A stretch of DNA of 64,000 bases, from assembly GCA_031362565.1 (NCBI GenBank), contig JANLSU010000054.1, positions 1 through 64,000 on the forward strand. Reading direction: 5' to 3'. Position numbers and translations under genes: made by a program. The notes under the pieces are model-generated. The model worked only from the letters and a program-made list of their open reading frames with translations. It was not told the origin of the DNA and did not search any database. Below, piece after piece: positions 1 to 9,600 of the stretch; position 1 is the first letter of the stretch, and each line of letters begins with the position of its first letter. This DNA comes from a bacterium. Lineage in GTDB: Bacteria > Krumholzibacteriota > Krumholzibacteriia > G020349025.

Positions 1-180
1 GAAACCGACAACCCTTTCAACGTGCTCTTGACCGAACACGAGGAAGGGCTCCCCTTCGCTGCTCTGTCTTACGTGCATCGCACCCATGAACGCTACAAGG
101 TGCTCGTCGAGCAGGGACGCGCCGCACTTGGACATGCCACAAGTGATCTTGCTTCGATGTTGCCGCCGCTCGACGCGTGA
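1..180 (+). CDS. 3' end of an unidentified CDS truncated by the window edge
   Basis: Frame 1 is open from base 1 (ETDNPFNVLLTEHEEGLPFAALSYVHRTHERYKVLVEQGRAALGHATSDLASMLPPLDA) to TGA at 178-180 and converges on the next gene. Confidence 0.5.
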   Translation, partial: ETDNPFNVLLTEHEEGLPFAALSYVHRTHERYKVLVEQGRAALGHATSDLASMLPPLDA

Positions 181-188
181 CGGCGGCG

Positions 189-1049
189 CTACGTTCCCGA
201 GCCACCGGCAGGCGGGGGCGCGGCGGTTGCCTGCGCGCCGCTTCGGCCCATGAGGTTGGCGATCCAAAACGTCGCGATGAAGAACGGCAAGCCGATGAAC
301 AGCATGATGCCGACTGGAAAGCGGCGCCACGCTTCGCGACTGCGTTCGGCGAGCGCGTCGGCAAGACGCACCGGCTCGTAGATCCCGGTGTACCCCTTAC
401 CGCTCTCGAGGTATGTGATCCGGTTCCGGCCCCCACCGGCATGACCCACCAGCGCCGCCTCGCCCGCATGCATCACCAAACGCAATCCCGCCCGTTGTTT
501 CGGCCGCAATCGCAACCCTTGTAAGAGCGCCATCTCGACCTGGCCGGGATTGCCGCCGAATGACCGGTCGAGCGCCAAGTGCTCGAGCGCCGCAATGACT
601 TGGCCGGGAACCCGGAAACAGAAGTGGTGCCGCGCCCGGCCATCGCCGTCGGCGCGAAGCGCGATGGTGAAAGGGAGGTGTTCGAGACCGGAAGGCAAGT
701 GCGCGGCGAGAGCATCGAGGTCGGGCCGGCGCACGGCGGGCGGAAAGATCGCGATCGTGCACGGCGCGATGCGGCCCGCGTCGCGGGCTTCAAGCAAAGC
801 GCCGACATTGGCCACCAGGGCCGTGCCGTTCGGGGCCCCGTCGGCGCCGACCTCAGCCGTCGCGGCACCGATCGCAGTGCCCGGATACACGAGGGCGCGC
901 GCGCCGGTCAGGGCCGCGGCGTTCAGAGCCGCCAAGACCCGCAGCCGCAAGGGCAGCGTCCACCAATAGAGCGTCGGCACGCGGTGCGAGCGCTCGACTG
1001 CAATGAATTTGGTGAGCACGCCCGGTCCGGACTGCGACGGAGGATTCAC
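189..1049 (-). CDS. Hypothetical protein with a C-terminal transmembrane helix
   Basis: 286-aa ORF with GTG start and protein-like composition; hydrophobic segment FPVGIMLFIGLPFFIATFWIANL near the C-terminus; co-oriented downstream of clpS. Confidence 0.6.
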   Translation of the reverse strand: MNPPSQSGPGVLTKFIAVERSHRVPTLYWWTLPLRLRVLAALNAAALTGARALVYPGTAIGAATAEVGADGAPNGTALVANVGALLEARDAGRIAPCTIAIFPPAVRRPDLDALAAHLPSGLEHLPFTIALRADGDGRARHHFCFRVPGQVIAALEHLALDRSFGGNPGQVEMALLQGLRLRPKQRAGLRLVMHAGEAALVGHAGGGRNRITYLESGKGYTGIYEPVRLADALAERSREAWRRFPVGIMLFIGLPFFIATFWIANLMGRSGAQATAAPPPAGGSGT

Positions 1050-1097
1050 GCGTTCTCCAAGGGCGGTGCGGCGGCCGGCACCGGCATCGTTCGGCCG

Positions 1098-1436
1098 TCA
1101 GCCGCTGTACGGCTCGAGCGCCCGCTGCAGCTGCTCGATGTCCGGCGGCGCGCCCTGATTGAGCCCATCCACGAAGTGGGCGATGACCTGTTTGGCTTCC
1201 ACCTTGTCCAAATCGCGAATGAAACCGTCGAAGACATGCTCGCCGGCCATGGCGCGGCCGATTTCCGTTTCCTTGTCATGTTCACCAAGCTCGGTGAAAT
1301 ACACGACCCGGTAGAGGCGGCCGTAGGTCGCTTCGCGATAGATCTCGAACATGGTGCGGTCGGCGATCACGCAGGGCTCCAAAGAATCCGGACCTTGGGT
1401 TGGCGGCGCCGGCCAGTATAACGTGCCGGCGCTCAA
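1098..1436 (-). CDS. Hypothetical small soluble protein coupled to clpS
   Basis: 112 aa, globular-looking (MFEIYRE...LYRVVYFTELGEH...DGFI); its TTG start overlaps the clpS TGA stop (TTGA). Confidence 0.7.
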   Translation of the reverse strand: MSAGTLYWPAPPTQGPDSLEPCVIADRTMFEIYREATYGRLYRVVYFTELGEHDKETEIGRAMAGEHVFDGFIRDLDKVEAKQVIAHFVDGLNQGAPPDIEQLQRALEPYSG

Positions 1437-1774
1437 GCCGCGAGCGGCTCGACGATGGCGTGCATCGACCCGATGGAGTTCGGCATCAAGGGGTCGGGGC
1501 CGAAAGACTTGATTTCATCGCGCTTGCGCCGCGCCGTGTCGCGATCCGTGGAGTGCACGATGACCCGGCCATCGGCGTCGACCGCGCAGGCCATCATGTA
1601 GGCCATCTCGAATCCGACCCCGAACAACGTGCACAGCATGGCGACGACATACTGGTACGTGTGGTCGTCGTCATCGATGAGCACGACGTTGTACATCGAT
1701 TCGAACTTGGGGCCCGCCTGGACGGTGGACTCGTCTTCGCGCACCGGCGCCGGCAGTGTTTCGGTCCTGGTCAT
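1433..1774 (-). CDS. clpS: ATP-dependent Clp protease adaptor ClpS
   Basis: YNVVLIDDDDHTYQYVVAMLCTLF...AVDADGRVIV matches the ClpS core pattern; 113 aa with an unstructured N-terminal tail. Confidence 0.9.
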   Translation of the reverse strand: MTRTETLPAPVREDESTVQAGPKFESMYNVVLIDDDDHTYQYVVAMLCTLFGVGFEMAYMMACAVDADGRVIVHSTDRDTARRKRDEIKSFGPDPLMPNSIGSMHAIVEPLAA

Positions 1775-1780
1775 GCCTCA

Positions 1781-1810
1781 GGTTTAGCGCACACCCCGCG
1801 GCCGCGGCAA
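1781..1810 (-). promoter_or_regulatory. Candidate sigma70 promoter for clpS (leaderless geometry)
   Basis: TTGCCG-18 nt-TAAACC, ending 6 nt before the ATG at 1774. Confidence 0.35.
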
Positions 1811-1910
1811 GGTGGTCGCGGATGCCGGCGGTCCCGTACAATGCCGCGGCCGCGCGCGCCTCGGGGCGTGCGGCAAACCGCCTCGTGCCGCAGGCCGGAA
1901 GTGAGCCCTC

Positions 1911-2684
1911 GTGAAGGTCGCGACCTGGAACGTCAACTCGATTCGCTCCCGCCAGGAGCGGGTCGAGCGTTGGATCACCGAGCACCGGCCCGACATTCTC
2001 TGCCTGCAAGAAACCAAGGTCGAAGACGCCAAGTTCCCCGCCGAACCGTTTCGCGCTCTGGGATACGAAGTGGCGTTCCACGGCCAAAAATCCTACAACG
2101 GAGTCGCGGTGCTGGCGCGCCAGCCGATTGAAGACCCACGCCCGGGCTTCGATGACGGCGAGGACGAGGACGGGGCGCGGCTGCTCGCCGTACGCACCGG
2201 CGGCGTGCATGTGTACTCCGCCTACGTGCCGAACGGCCAGGTGGTGGGCAGTTCGCAGTGGCTGGTGAAAATGCGCTGGTTCGAGCGCCTGCGACGCGGG
2301 CTCGAATTGCGCCATGCGCCCGGTGAACGAGTTCTCGTCTGCGGTGACTTCAACGTCGCACCCGAGCCGCGCGACGTGTACGACCCGGATTTCTGGCAGA
2401 CAACGGTGCTCTTCCACCCGCAGGCACGCGCCGCGTTGCGGCAACTCTTCGAAGCCGGATTCGTCGACACGTTCCGGCTGCACCACGCGGCCGCCGGCCT
2501 CTACTCTTGGTGGGACTACCGCGGGCTGGCGTTCCCGCGCAACCTCGGGCTGCGCATCGACCTCGTTTTGGCATCACCGGCGCTCGCCGCCTGTTGCACG
2601 GCCGCCGCCATCGACCGTGAGGCCCGCAAAGGCACCGGCACCTCGGACCACACGCCGGTCGTGGCCGAATTCGATCTCGGCTGA
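1911..2684 (+). CDS. xth: Exodeoxyribonuclease III / AP endonuclease
   Basis: ATWNVNS, LCLQETK, YNGVA, YVPNG, CGDFNVA, YSWWDYR, GLRID and SDH motifs. Confidence 0.96.
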   Translation: MKVATWNVNSIRSRQERVERWITEHRPDILCLQETKVEDAKFPAEPFRALGYEVAFHGQKSYNGVAVLARQPIEDPRPGFDDGEDEDGARLLAVRTGGVHVYSAYVPNGQVVGSSQWLVKMRWFERLRRGLELRHAPGERVLVCGDFNVAPEPRDVYDPDFWQTTVLFHPQARAALRQLFEAGFVDTFRLHHAAAGLYSWWDYRGLAFPRNLGLRIDLVLASPALAACCTAAAIDREARKGTGTSDHTPVVAEFDLG

Positions 2685-2757
2685 AAATCGCGCTGAATGC
2701 ATTCCCGACATTGGGCGCCGGGTGGCGCAAGACTCCCCGAACGGCCGCGTGTGGCCG

Positions 2758-2773
2758 CGGCACGGGTTCTGCT
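2758..2773 (+). promoter_or_regulatory. Candidate sigma54 (-24/-12) promoter
   Basis: CGGCACG-GGTT-CTGCT with exact GG-N10-GC spacing, intergenic, upstream of the membrane-protein/PilZ pair. Confidence 0.5.
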
Positions 2774-2801
2774 TGTCTACACTGGTTTCCATTCACAGCC
2801 G

Positions 2802-3314
2802 ATGTCTGGAGCTTGGGCGGGGGTGAGCAACGTGAAATTGCGTGGGATGCGCGGCGGCAGCGAGCCCGGCGGCGCGGCGCCGGCCGTGGCCGAGCGCCCG
2901 TTCCTCGAGGAAATGCGCGCCGTCGAGAAGCTCTTGCCCATCTCCCCGGACGAAATCAACCGGCGCGTGTTGGGCTCGCACCTCGCGGAGGCGGACCTCG
3001 ACGCAGCCGAGCGGCTGAACGAAATGAACCTGCGTTACTACGACGCAGTCGTGCGCCCAGTCCTCGACGAATGGACGCGCGAGGTGCGTTCACGCCGCGC
3101 CGGTCAAGCGTGGGGCTTCGTTGTGGCGTGCGCGGCGCTCGTTGCCGGCTGTTTCCGGGAAAATACCGCCGCCTACGTCCTGTTTTTTGTCGGTACGTTC
3201 GGATTCTGCACCGCGCTGACAGCGTGGTTCGGAACGTCGGCCGCGAACGTCGGGGCGCAACTCGCGTCGCGTTTCGCGCGCCGGCTCCCGTCAGACCGCG
3301 GAGGTGCTTCGTGA
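2802..3314 (+). CDS. Hypothetical membrane protein (two C-terminal TM helices); start uncertain (2802, 2832 or 2847)
   Basis: Helical N-terminal region, then AWGFVVACAALVAGCF and YVLFFVGTFGFCTALTAWF; stop overlaps the next GTG start. Confidence 0.65.
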   Translation: MSGAWAGVSNVKLRGMRGGSEPGGAAPAVAERPFLEEMRAVEKLLPISPDEINRRVLGSHLAEADLDAAERLNEMNLRYYDAVVRPVLDEWTREVRSRRAGQAWGFVVACAALVAGCFRENTAAYVLFFVGTFGFCTALTAWFGTSAANVGAQLASRFARRLPSDRGGAS

Positions 3315-3832
3315 GACCGCTCGCGTGGAGTTCGCTGGTCACCGGTGTTGCAGCCGGGCTGTTCTTGGTGATGGGACATGGTTCGTCGGATTCCAACCTG
3401 CGCCGGCTGGGCGCAGCCGGGGGCGCAGCCTTGGCGCTCGGCGGTGCGGCTTTGGGCGTCTGCCGCCGCGATTCGCGGGTCCACTGGGACGAGGCTTCGA
3501 TCACGGCACCCGCGCCACGGTTTTTTCTCGAGCGCCGGCGCGCGCCGCGCCATGCGGTCCATTCGCCGGTCCGTCTGTCGGTGAACGGCACCTCGTGTTC
3601 GGCGACATTGCTCAGCGTCAGCGCCTCGGGAGCGCTGTTGCGGTTACGCAACCTGCCGGGCTCGTCGCTCGACGCACACGTCGGCGAACCGGTGCGCATC
3701 GAAGACTATCCCGCCGGCACGTTGGCTCGGATCGGCACGCACGGCGTGTATGTCGATTTTGCGGTCACCTTCGACCACGGCACGCGGGCGGCCGAGGAAT
3801 TGGCGCTCACCTCGAGCGCGACGGGAACCTGA
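3311..3832 (+). CDS. Membrane-anchored PilZ-domain protein
   Basis: GTG start with GGAGG RBS; two hydrophobic N-terminal segments; ERRRAPR (RxxxR) followed by LLSVSASGALL (a D/NxSxxG variant). This is the 3' part of track ORF 2711..3832. Confidence 0.75.
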   Translation: MRPLAWSSLVTGVAAGLFLVMGHGSSDSNLRRLGAAGGAALALGGAALGVCRRDSRVHWDEASITAPAPRFFLERRRAPRHAVHSPVRLSVNGTSCSATLLSVSASGALLRLRNLPGSSLDAHVGEPVRIEDYPAGTLARIGTHGVYVDFAVTFDHGTRAAEELALTSSATGT

Positions 3833-3839
3833 GGCGGCG

Positions 3840-4205
3840 CTACTTGGAACTGATCACGAACTGATTGCCGTCCGGATCCTTAAAGGTCGCAAACGTCCCC
3901 CACGGCTGCTTGGCCGGCTCGCCGGTGAACTCCACGCCGCGTTCGCGCAGCTCCGCATAGGTCTTCTCGACGTCATCCGATTGAAACGCGCCGTTGAACG
4001 CCGACCCGATGCGGTCCGCTTGGCCATCGGCGGTGAACAGCACGACGCGCGTATCGGCGCCCGGAATCTGCAGCTCGATCCAACGTTGGCTGGGGCTGAA
4101 CGGTTGATCGGTCATGACTTTGAAACCCAACTTCTCGGTGTAGAACTCCAGAGCGCGATCCTGGTCGCGAGTCGGGATGCTGACGAATTTCAATTTGCGA
4201 ATCAT
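3840..4205 (-). CDS. VOC family (glyoxalase/bleomycin resistance) protein
   Basis: FVSIPTRDQDRALEFYTEKLGF...PWGTFATFKDPDGN; ATG at 4205 preceded by AGGGAG. Confidence 0.92.
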   Translation of the reverse strand: MIRKLKFVSIPTRDQDRALEFYTEKLGFKVMTDQPFSPSQRWIELQIPGADTRVVLFTADGQADRIGSAFNGAFQSDDVEKTYAELRERGVEFTGEPAKQPWGTFATFKDPDGNQFVISSK

Positions 4206-4305
4206 GGCCTGTAGCTCCCTTGGTCGAGAACGAAACCGGTTGTGGCAAATCGGCATTGCCCAAACGCTAGCGAATGGCGCTACGCGGCGTCAACGGACAA
4301 ACCGC

Positions 4306-4340
4306 TTGACTTTTATTCACTATAGCAATAATCACTGTAG
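4306..4340 (+). promoter_or_regulatory. AT-rich promoter/operator of the HTH gene
   Basis: TTGACT at 4306-4311, AATAAT at 4327-4332, and repeat TCACTATAG (4317-4325) / TCACTGTAG (4332-4340). Confidence 0.5.
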
Positions 4341-4341
4341 G

Positions 4342-4650
4342 ATGGATTCGATCCGAATCGATCGTTATGTCATCGAGGTGCTGATGCGCGACCTCGTGGG
4401 TCACGACAAGCGGCCGTCGGCGTTTCTCGTCTACTTGCATCTGTGGGCCCGGGCCACCGGACGGCGCGAGCGCCGGGCCAGGGCCAGCCTGCAGCAGATC
4501 GCCGAAGACACCGGGCTCTCGAAGAGCGCCGTGCAAGATGGCCTCCGCCGGCTCACGAAAAGGCGCCTGCTGCGTGCCGAGCGGGCCCACCCGACGGCCG
4601 TTCCGGAGTACCTTCTGCTCCGTCCTTGGGTACGCGCGAGCCGCGGCTGA
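4342..4650 (+). CDS. Small winged helix-turn-helix protein
   Basis: SLQQIAEDTGLSKSAVQDGLRRL HTH signature; 102 aa from ATG 4342. Confidence 0.85.
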   Translation: MDSIRIDRYVIEVLMRDLVGHDKRPSAFLVYLHLWARATGRRERRARASLQQIAEDTGLSKSAVQDGLRRLTKRRLLRAERAHPTAVPEYLLLRPWVRASRG

Positions 4651-4713
4651 CGCCCTTGCAATGCAGTGTTGCCATGGGTGTGGGCTCCGGAATCAAACCT
4701 CGGGAGGACGCCC

Positions 4714-5106
4714 GTGAGTTCGAATTTCGATCGCTGGGCGGCGGCATTCACGAGCCGCCGACGCTTCGTGCAGTGGATCGGCGCCACGGCAGCGGTGGGG
4801 CCATGGGCCGGGGTGATGACGGGCCGCGCGGTGGCGCAGGCGCCGGCTTCCCCGCCGGCAACGGCGCCGGCAACACCAACGCCGCCGCCGGCAGACCCCG
4901 CCGATGCCGGCCTGCTGGCGGATGCGCATTCGCTCGGTGAGATCATCGAGCGGCGCTTCGGCAGCCGGCTCACTCCGGAGCAGCTCGCAGCGGTGCGCGA
5001 CGATATCCGCGGCAACCTGCAAGCGGGCCGCACGTTGCGCAGTCTCTGCGCCAGCAACGCCAGCGAACCGGCTGTCACCTTCCGCGCCCGGCCCTTGGAG
5101 GATTGA
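4714..5106 (+). CDS. Small Tat-signal protein, probable amidase partner subunit
   Basis: GTG start after GGGAGG; SRRRFVQW twin-arginine motif, hydrophobic stretch, AVA-QA cleavage-like site, Pro/Ala linker, helical C-terminal domain ending NASEPAVTF. Confidence 0.75.
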   Translation: MSSNFDRWAAAFTSRRRFVQWIGATAAVGPWAGVMTGRAVAQAPASPPATAPATPTPPPADPADAGLLADAHSLGEIIERRFGSRLTPEQLAAVRDDIRGNLQAGRTLRSLCASNASEPAVTFRARPLED

Positions 5107-5108
5107 CC

Positions 5109-6515
5109 ATGCTGTCGCATGAGACGTTTTTCATGCCGGCCCGCGAGTTGGGCCGCCGGCTGCGGGCCGGCGAATTTTCGTCGCTCGAATTGACACGCGG
5201 TTACATCGAGCGGCTGCGGAGCGTCGGCGCGAGCTTGAACGCCGTCGTGACGGTGTGCGAGGCGCGCGCTTTGGAAGAGGCCCGGGCGGCCGATCACGCA
5301 TTGCGCTCGGGAAAGGCCCGCGGACCGCTGCTCGGCGTACCGTACGGTGTGAAGGATCTTTTGGCGGCGCGCGGCGCACCGACGACGTGGGGCGCCGAAC
5401 CGTACCGCGAGCAGGTCTTCGATTTCGATGCTACCGTGGTGGCGCGCCTGCACGACGCGGGCTGCGTTCTGGTCGCCAAGCTGGCGATGGTGGAACTCGC
5501 CGGCGGCATGGGTTACGACGAAGCGGACGCGTCGTTCACCGGTCCGGGACTGACACCGTGGAACACCGGCTTTTGGAGCGGTGGCTCGTCGAGCGGACCC
5601 GGCGCCGCGGTCGCCGCGGGGTGCGTGGGATTCGCGATTGGTTCCGAGACCTCGGGATCGATTCTAACGCCGTCCGCGTTCTGTGGCGTTTCGGGCCTGC
5701 GTCCGACTTACGGACTCGTGAGCCGGCATGGCGCGATGGCGTTGTCATGGACGCTCGACAAGCTGGGCCCCATGTGCCGTACCGCCGACGATTGCGGCCT
5801 CGTGCTCGAGGCGATTGCCGGCCAAGACCCCGCCGACCCAACGTCGGTGGAGCACCGCTTCCACTGGAATGTCGCGGCGCAGAGTGGACGCAAGCTGCGC
5901 CTGGCGGTTCCCAAAGGCTGCACGGAAAAAGTTCAGCCGGCGGTGCGTGACAACTTCGAAGCCAGCCTGCGCGCCATGGCCGATTGGCTGACGATCGAGC
6001 GCGACGTCGACTGGCCCGACTTCCCCTGGGGGCCGGCCGTCGGCACGATCGTCAACGCCGAAGGCGCCGCCGCATTCTTGCAACTCATCGAATCCGGTGA
6101 GGTGCACAAGCTACGCTCTGCTGCCGATCAAATCGGCGGCTACGGCGGCCTGCAGACCTTCGCGGTCGACTACATTCAGGCCCTGCGGGTCCGGGCGCCG
6201 ATGCAGTACGCCGTCAACAGGGTCCTCGCGAAGTACGACGCCATCGTGTCGCCGGCCCGCGCCAGTGTCTCCTACCCCTTGGGCAAGAAGTTCGGGGACG
6301 CATACCCGGATGTGCGCGGTGGGCCGGGCCTCATTCCCGCCGGCAACCTGTGCGGCCTGCCCGCCGTTTGTGTCCCCAACGGCTTCGGCGACAACAACCT
6401 GCCGACGTCGATCGCCTTCATGGGAGCGGCGTTCAGCGAATCGCGGCTTCTCGAACTGGCGACGGTGCATCAGCAAACCACCGACTGGCATCGCAAGGTG
6501 CCGCCGGTCCACTGA
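5109..6515 (+). CDS. Amidase-signature (GatA-like) family amidase
   Basis: GVPYGVKD (Lys), SGGSSSG and GSETSGSI (Ser-cisSer-Lys triad). Alternative TTG start at 5103 overlaps the upstream stop. Confidence 0.93.
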   Translation: MLSHETFFMPARELGRRLRAGEFSSLELTRGYIERLRSVGASLNAVVTVCEARALEEARAADHALRSGKARGPLLGVPYGVKDLLAARGAPTTWGAEPYREQVFDFDATVVARLHDAGCVLVAKLAMVELAGGMGYDEADASFTGPGLTPWNTGFWSGGSSSGPGAAVAAGCVGFAIGSETSGSILTPSAFCGVSGLRPTYGLVSRHGAMALSWTLDKLGPMCRTADDCGLVLEAIAGQDPADPTSVEHRFHWNVAAQSGRKLRLAVPKGCTEKVQPAVRDNFEASLRAMADWLTIERDVDWPDFPWGPAVGTIVNAEGAAAFLQLIESGEVHKLRSAADQIGGYGGLQTFAVDYIQALRVRAPMQYAVNRVLAKYDAIVSPARASVSYPLGKKFGDAYPDVRGGPGLIPAGNLCGLPAVCVPNGFGDNNLPTSIAFMGAAFSESRLLELATVHQQTTDWHRKVPPVH

Positions 6516-6605
6516 CGTCGCAACCCGATCGCGGCCAAACGCAAGCCGCCCCTCGGTTCAGGGGAACCAAGGGGCGGCAGGCGAGATACGCTGTGGCGCA
6601 GAGCC

Positions 6606-9600
6606 TCAGCGCATCAAAGTCACGCGCACCGTGCGGTCGAATGTGCCCGCTTGCATGCGGACGAAGTACACACCCGAAGCCACCCGTTGCCCATCCATCG
6701 TCCGGCCATCCCAGCCCAGCGGGTGATAACCGGGCGCCACCGCGCGGCTCACCAAGTTCCGGACGACCGTTCCTCTGACGTTGTAGACGCGCACTCTGAC
6801 GTCCGATGCCTTGGGAATCGCCATCATGAACCGCGGCGCGCCGTGGGTCGGGTTGCCGCTCGCGAGCGCCAGACCAAACGCCACCGGTGCACTGGCTTCG
6901 GCGTCGGTCGGCGTGTTCACCTGCAAGGTCACCGGAATGTTGACGGAAGCTTCATCCGGGTCGTTGCTGGCGATGTGGATGTTCCCCAAGTAGGTGCCCG
7001 GGGTGAGATCCGTGCTGTTGTACGTGACGGTGAGATCCGTGTAGAGCTGGCCGCCGATCGAGCCGCTCGTCGGCGTCACGCTCAGCCATTCCGGCGTCTT
7101 CTGGATCCGCACCGCCAGGTTGTTGTGCACGTAGTTGGCGTTGAACACCATCTGCAGACCGACCGAACGCGCCGCGTTCTGAATGCCGATCGTGCATGAG
7201 TTCAACAGCAACGGAATGTTCAGGTACTGGTATTCGATCTTGCCGCTCGGGTACAGCATGATCTCGAACGTGTACGGACCGCCCGGACCGCTGGTCGCGT
7301 AGTGCGGCACGTCCTTGTACTCGATGATGAGCCGCGTGCCGTCGTAGTAACGATACGCGGTACCGGAGCCCGACGCCGGCCGGAAGTCGAGATCGTCCCA
7401 GAACGGTGCGATCAGGTTCTCGGGGGCCGTGGTGCCGCCGGTCGGGAGCGCCGCGTTGGTGAACGCCGTCGCCGTGCTGGTGAACGACAGCCAGCCGTTC
7501 GAGCAGACGTTCAGGGTCGTGAAGTTGGTGCCGTAGAACGGGAAGCTGAAGCCGATCGGAATTCCGCTGATCGTCTGGTCGTCGCCGTTCAACGCGATCG
7601 GCGTGCCGATGCCGCTGATGTCGACCCAGTTGAACACCGGCCCACCGGCTTCGTCGCTGTCCTTGAACCGGTACCCGAACGCATCGGGCCCGCCCGACGC
7701 CTCGGTGCGCGGCTGTCCTTGGCGCGGATCCGCCTCGTCCTTGCCCAACTCGAGATAACCCTGCTCGGGCCGTCCGACGAAGAGATTCGCCTTCGAAATG
7801 CTGGCGCCGACCGTGATGTCGAGGTTCGCAGCGGTGTAGGTCGCCGTATTGCTGACCCGCAATACCTGCGACTCCGACGAGTTCGTCAGCATGCGCGCGC
7901 CCATCGACGATTGCGACTCCGCAATGTCCGGAGCGTCGTTCGAGGACCCGGCCAGCCCAAGCACCGTCGGGTTTTCGTCCGGATCGTCACTGACGATCGT
8001 CAGCGATGATACGAGCGTTGCCGGCGCGGTGGGTGCGTACGTGAGGATGACGTTCTGCGTGCCGCCGGGGGCAAGCGAGAACGACGTCAAGTTTGGCGTC
8101 ACGTGCGCATCACCGGACGTGACATTTGTCACACTGAGCTGGCCCGTGCCGTTGTTCGACACCGTGACCGTGCGGTTGCGAGTCTGACCCACGAAGACGA
8201 GGCCGAAGTCCGTACCGGCCGGGCCCGCCGTGATGTCCGGCACGCCGTTCACCAGCAGTTGGGCCGGCAGATTGGCATTCGTGGGTGCATTCGTGAGCAC
8301 ACTCAAGAGTGCGTCATGCATCCCGCCGGTCAAGCCTGCCGAGTCGTAGTGCAGGCCGATGTCGATGGACTGGCCCGCGGTCAGGCGGCCGGAGTTCGGC
8401 CCCGCCGTCAGCCACTGCGGAATCGTGGCGTATTTGACCGCCAGATTCGCATGCGTGTAGACCGTGTTAAAGGCGGTCTGCATCGCCACCGTACCGGTCG
8501 CGTTCTGGATGCCGACGGTGGCGCTGTTGTTCGGCGCATTGATGGCCAAATACTGGTAACGAATCTCGCCCGAGGGATACAGGATGGCTTCGAACGTGTA
8601 GGGGCCGGGGGCCGAACCGTCACCGATATAGTGCGGCGCATTCACCCACGCCACGATGAACCGGCTGCCGTCGTTGTAGTAGTAGGCCTGGCCGCCGGTC
8701 GCGAAGTTGAGGTCGTCCCACATCGGGGCGACGAGATTTGGCGGTGTTGCCGTCGGCAGCGTCTGGTTGGTGAACGTCGTCGCGGTGCTGGTAAAAGACA
8801 GCCAGCCGTTCGTGCAGACGCGCACCGTGCTGAACGAACCGCCGTAGAACGGGAAACCGAAGCCGATCGGAAACGGTCCCAGGTTTTGATCGTCGCCGGT
8901 GAAAGCAATCGGCGTGCCGACGCCCGAGATATCGACCCAACCGAAGGCCGGTCCGCCCGGCGAATCGCTGTCGATCCAGCGGTAGCCGAACGCATCGGGG
9001 CCGCCGCTTGCTTCGATCACCGGGTCGCCGTGGCGCGGATCGACTTGGCCCTTGGCGACGACGAATGGCGCCACGACCGGCTGGCTCTTGCGCTGGATCG
9101 GCGTCGTGGCGCTTTGAATCGCCACCGTCGGAATGGTCCAGTCGAGCGTTCCGAGGCCGCTATTCGTCACCGTCAACGTGCGGTCCGTGGTTTGATTCGG
9201 ATCGAGCGTCACCAAGCTGATCGACGTCGTCGTCAACGCCGGTGCGTCCAACGTGGTGCCGGTCGGCAGGTTCGACAGCGCACCAGCGTTGCCGAATTCG
9301 TCGAACGCTTTGATCGCGAAGAAGTACGTCGTCGCGTACCCGAGGCCGCTCACCGACGCCGCTTGGGCGGTGCCGGCCGGATCCGGGTTGCCGGTCGGGA
9401 TGAGAGTTGCCGCGGCGAAGTTGCCGTCGTCGATAGCGGCCGACGAATACCGCAGTTCGGTGCGCGACGCACGTCCGGTGTTGCCGTCGTCACCGGTCGC
9501 GGTCCACGTCAAGTCCATCGTCGTCGAGCCGGGGTTCGAAGTTGCCAGGTCGGTGATCGCACCGGGAGCGATCGAATCGGGATCGGCGATCGCCATGAAC

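Noticed and set aside
4714..6515. gatC-gatA assignment
   Set aside because: No gatB is present, the small protein has a Tat signal, and the amidase lacks GatA-specific features I would expect.
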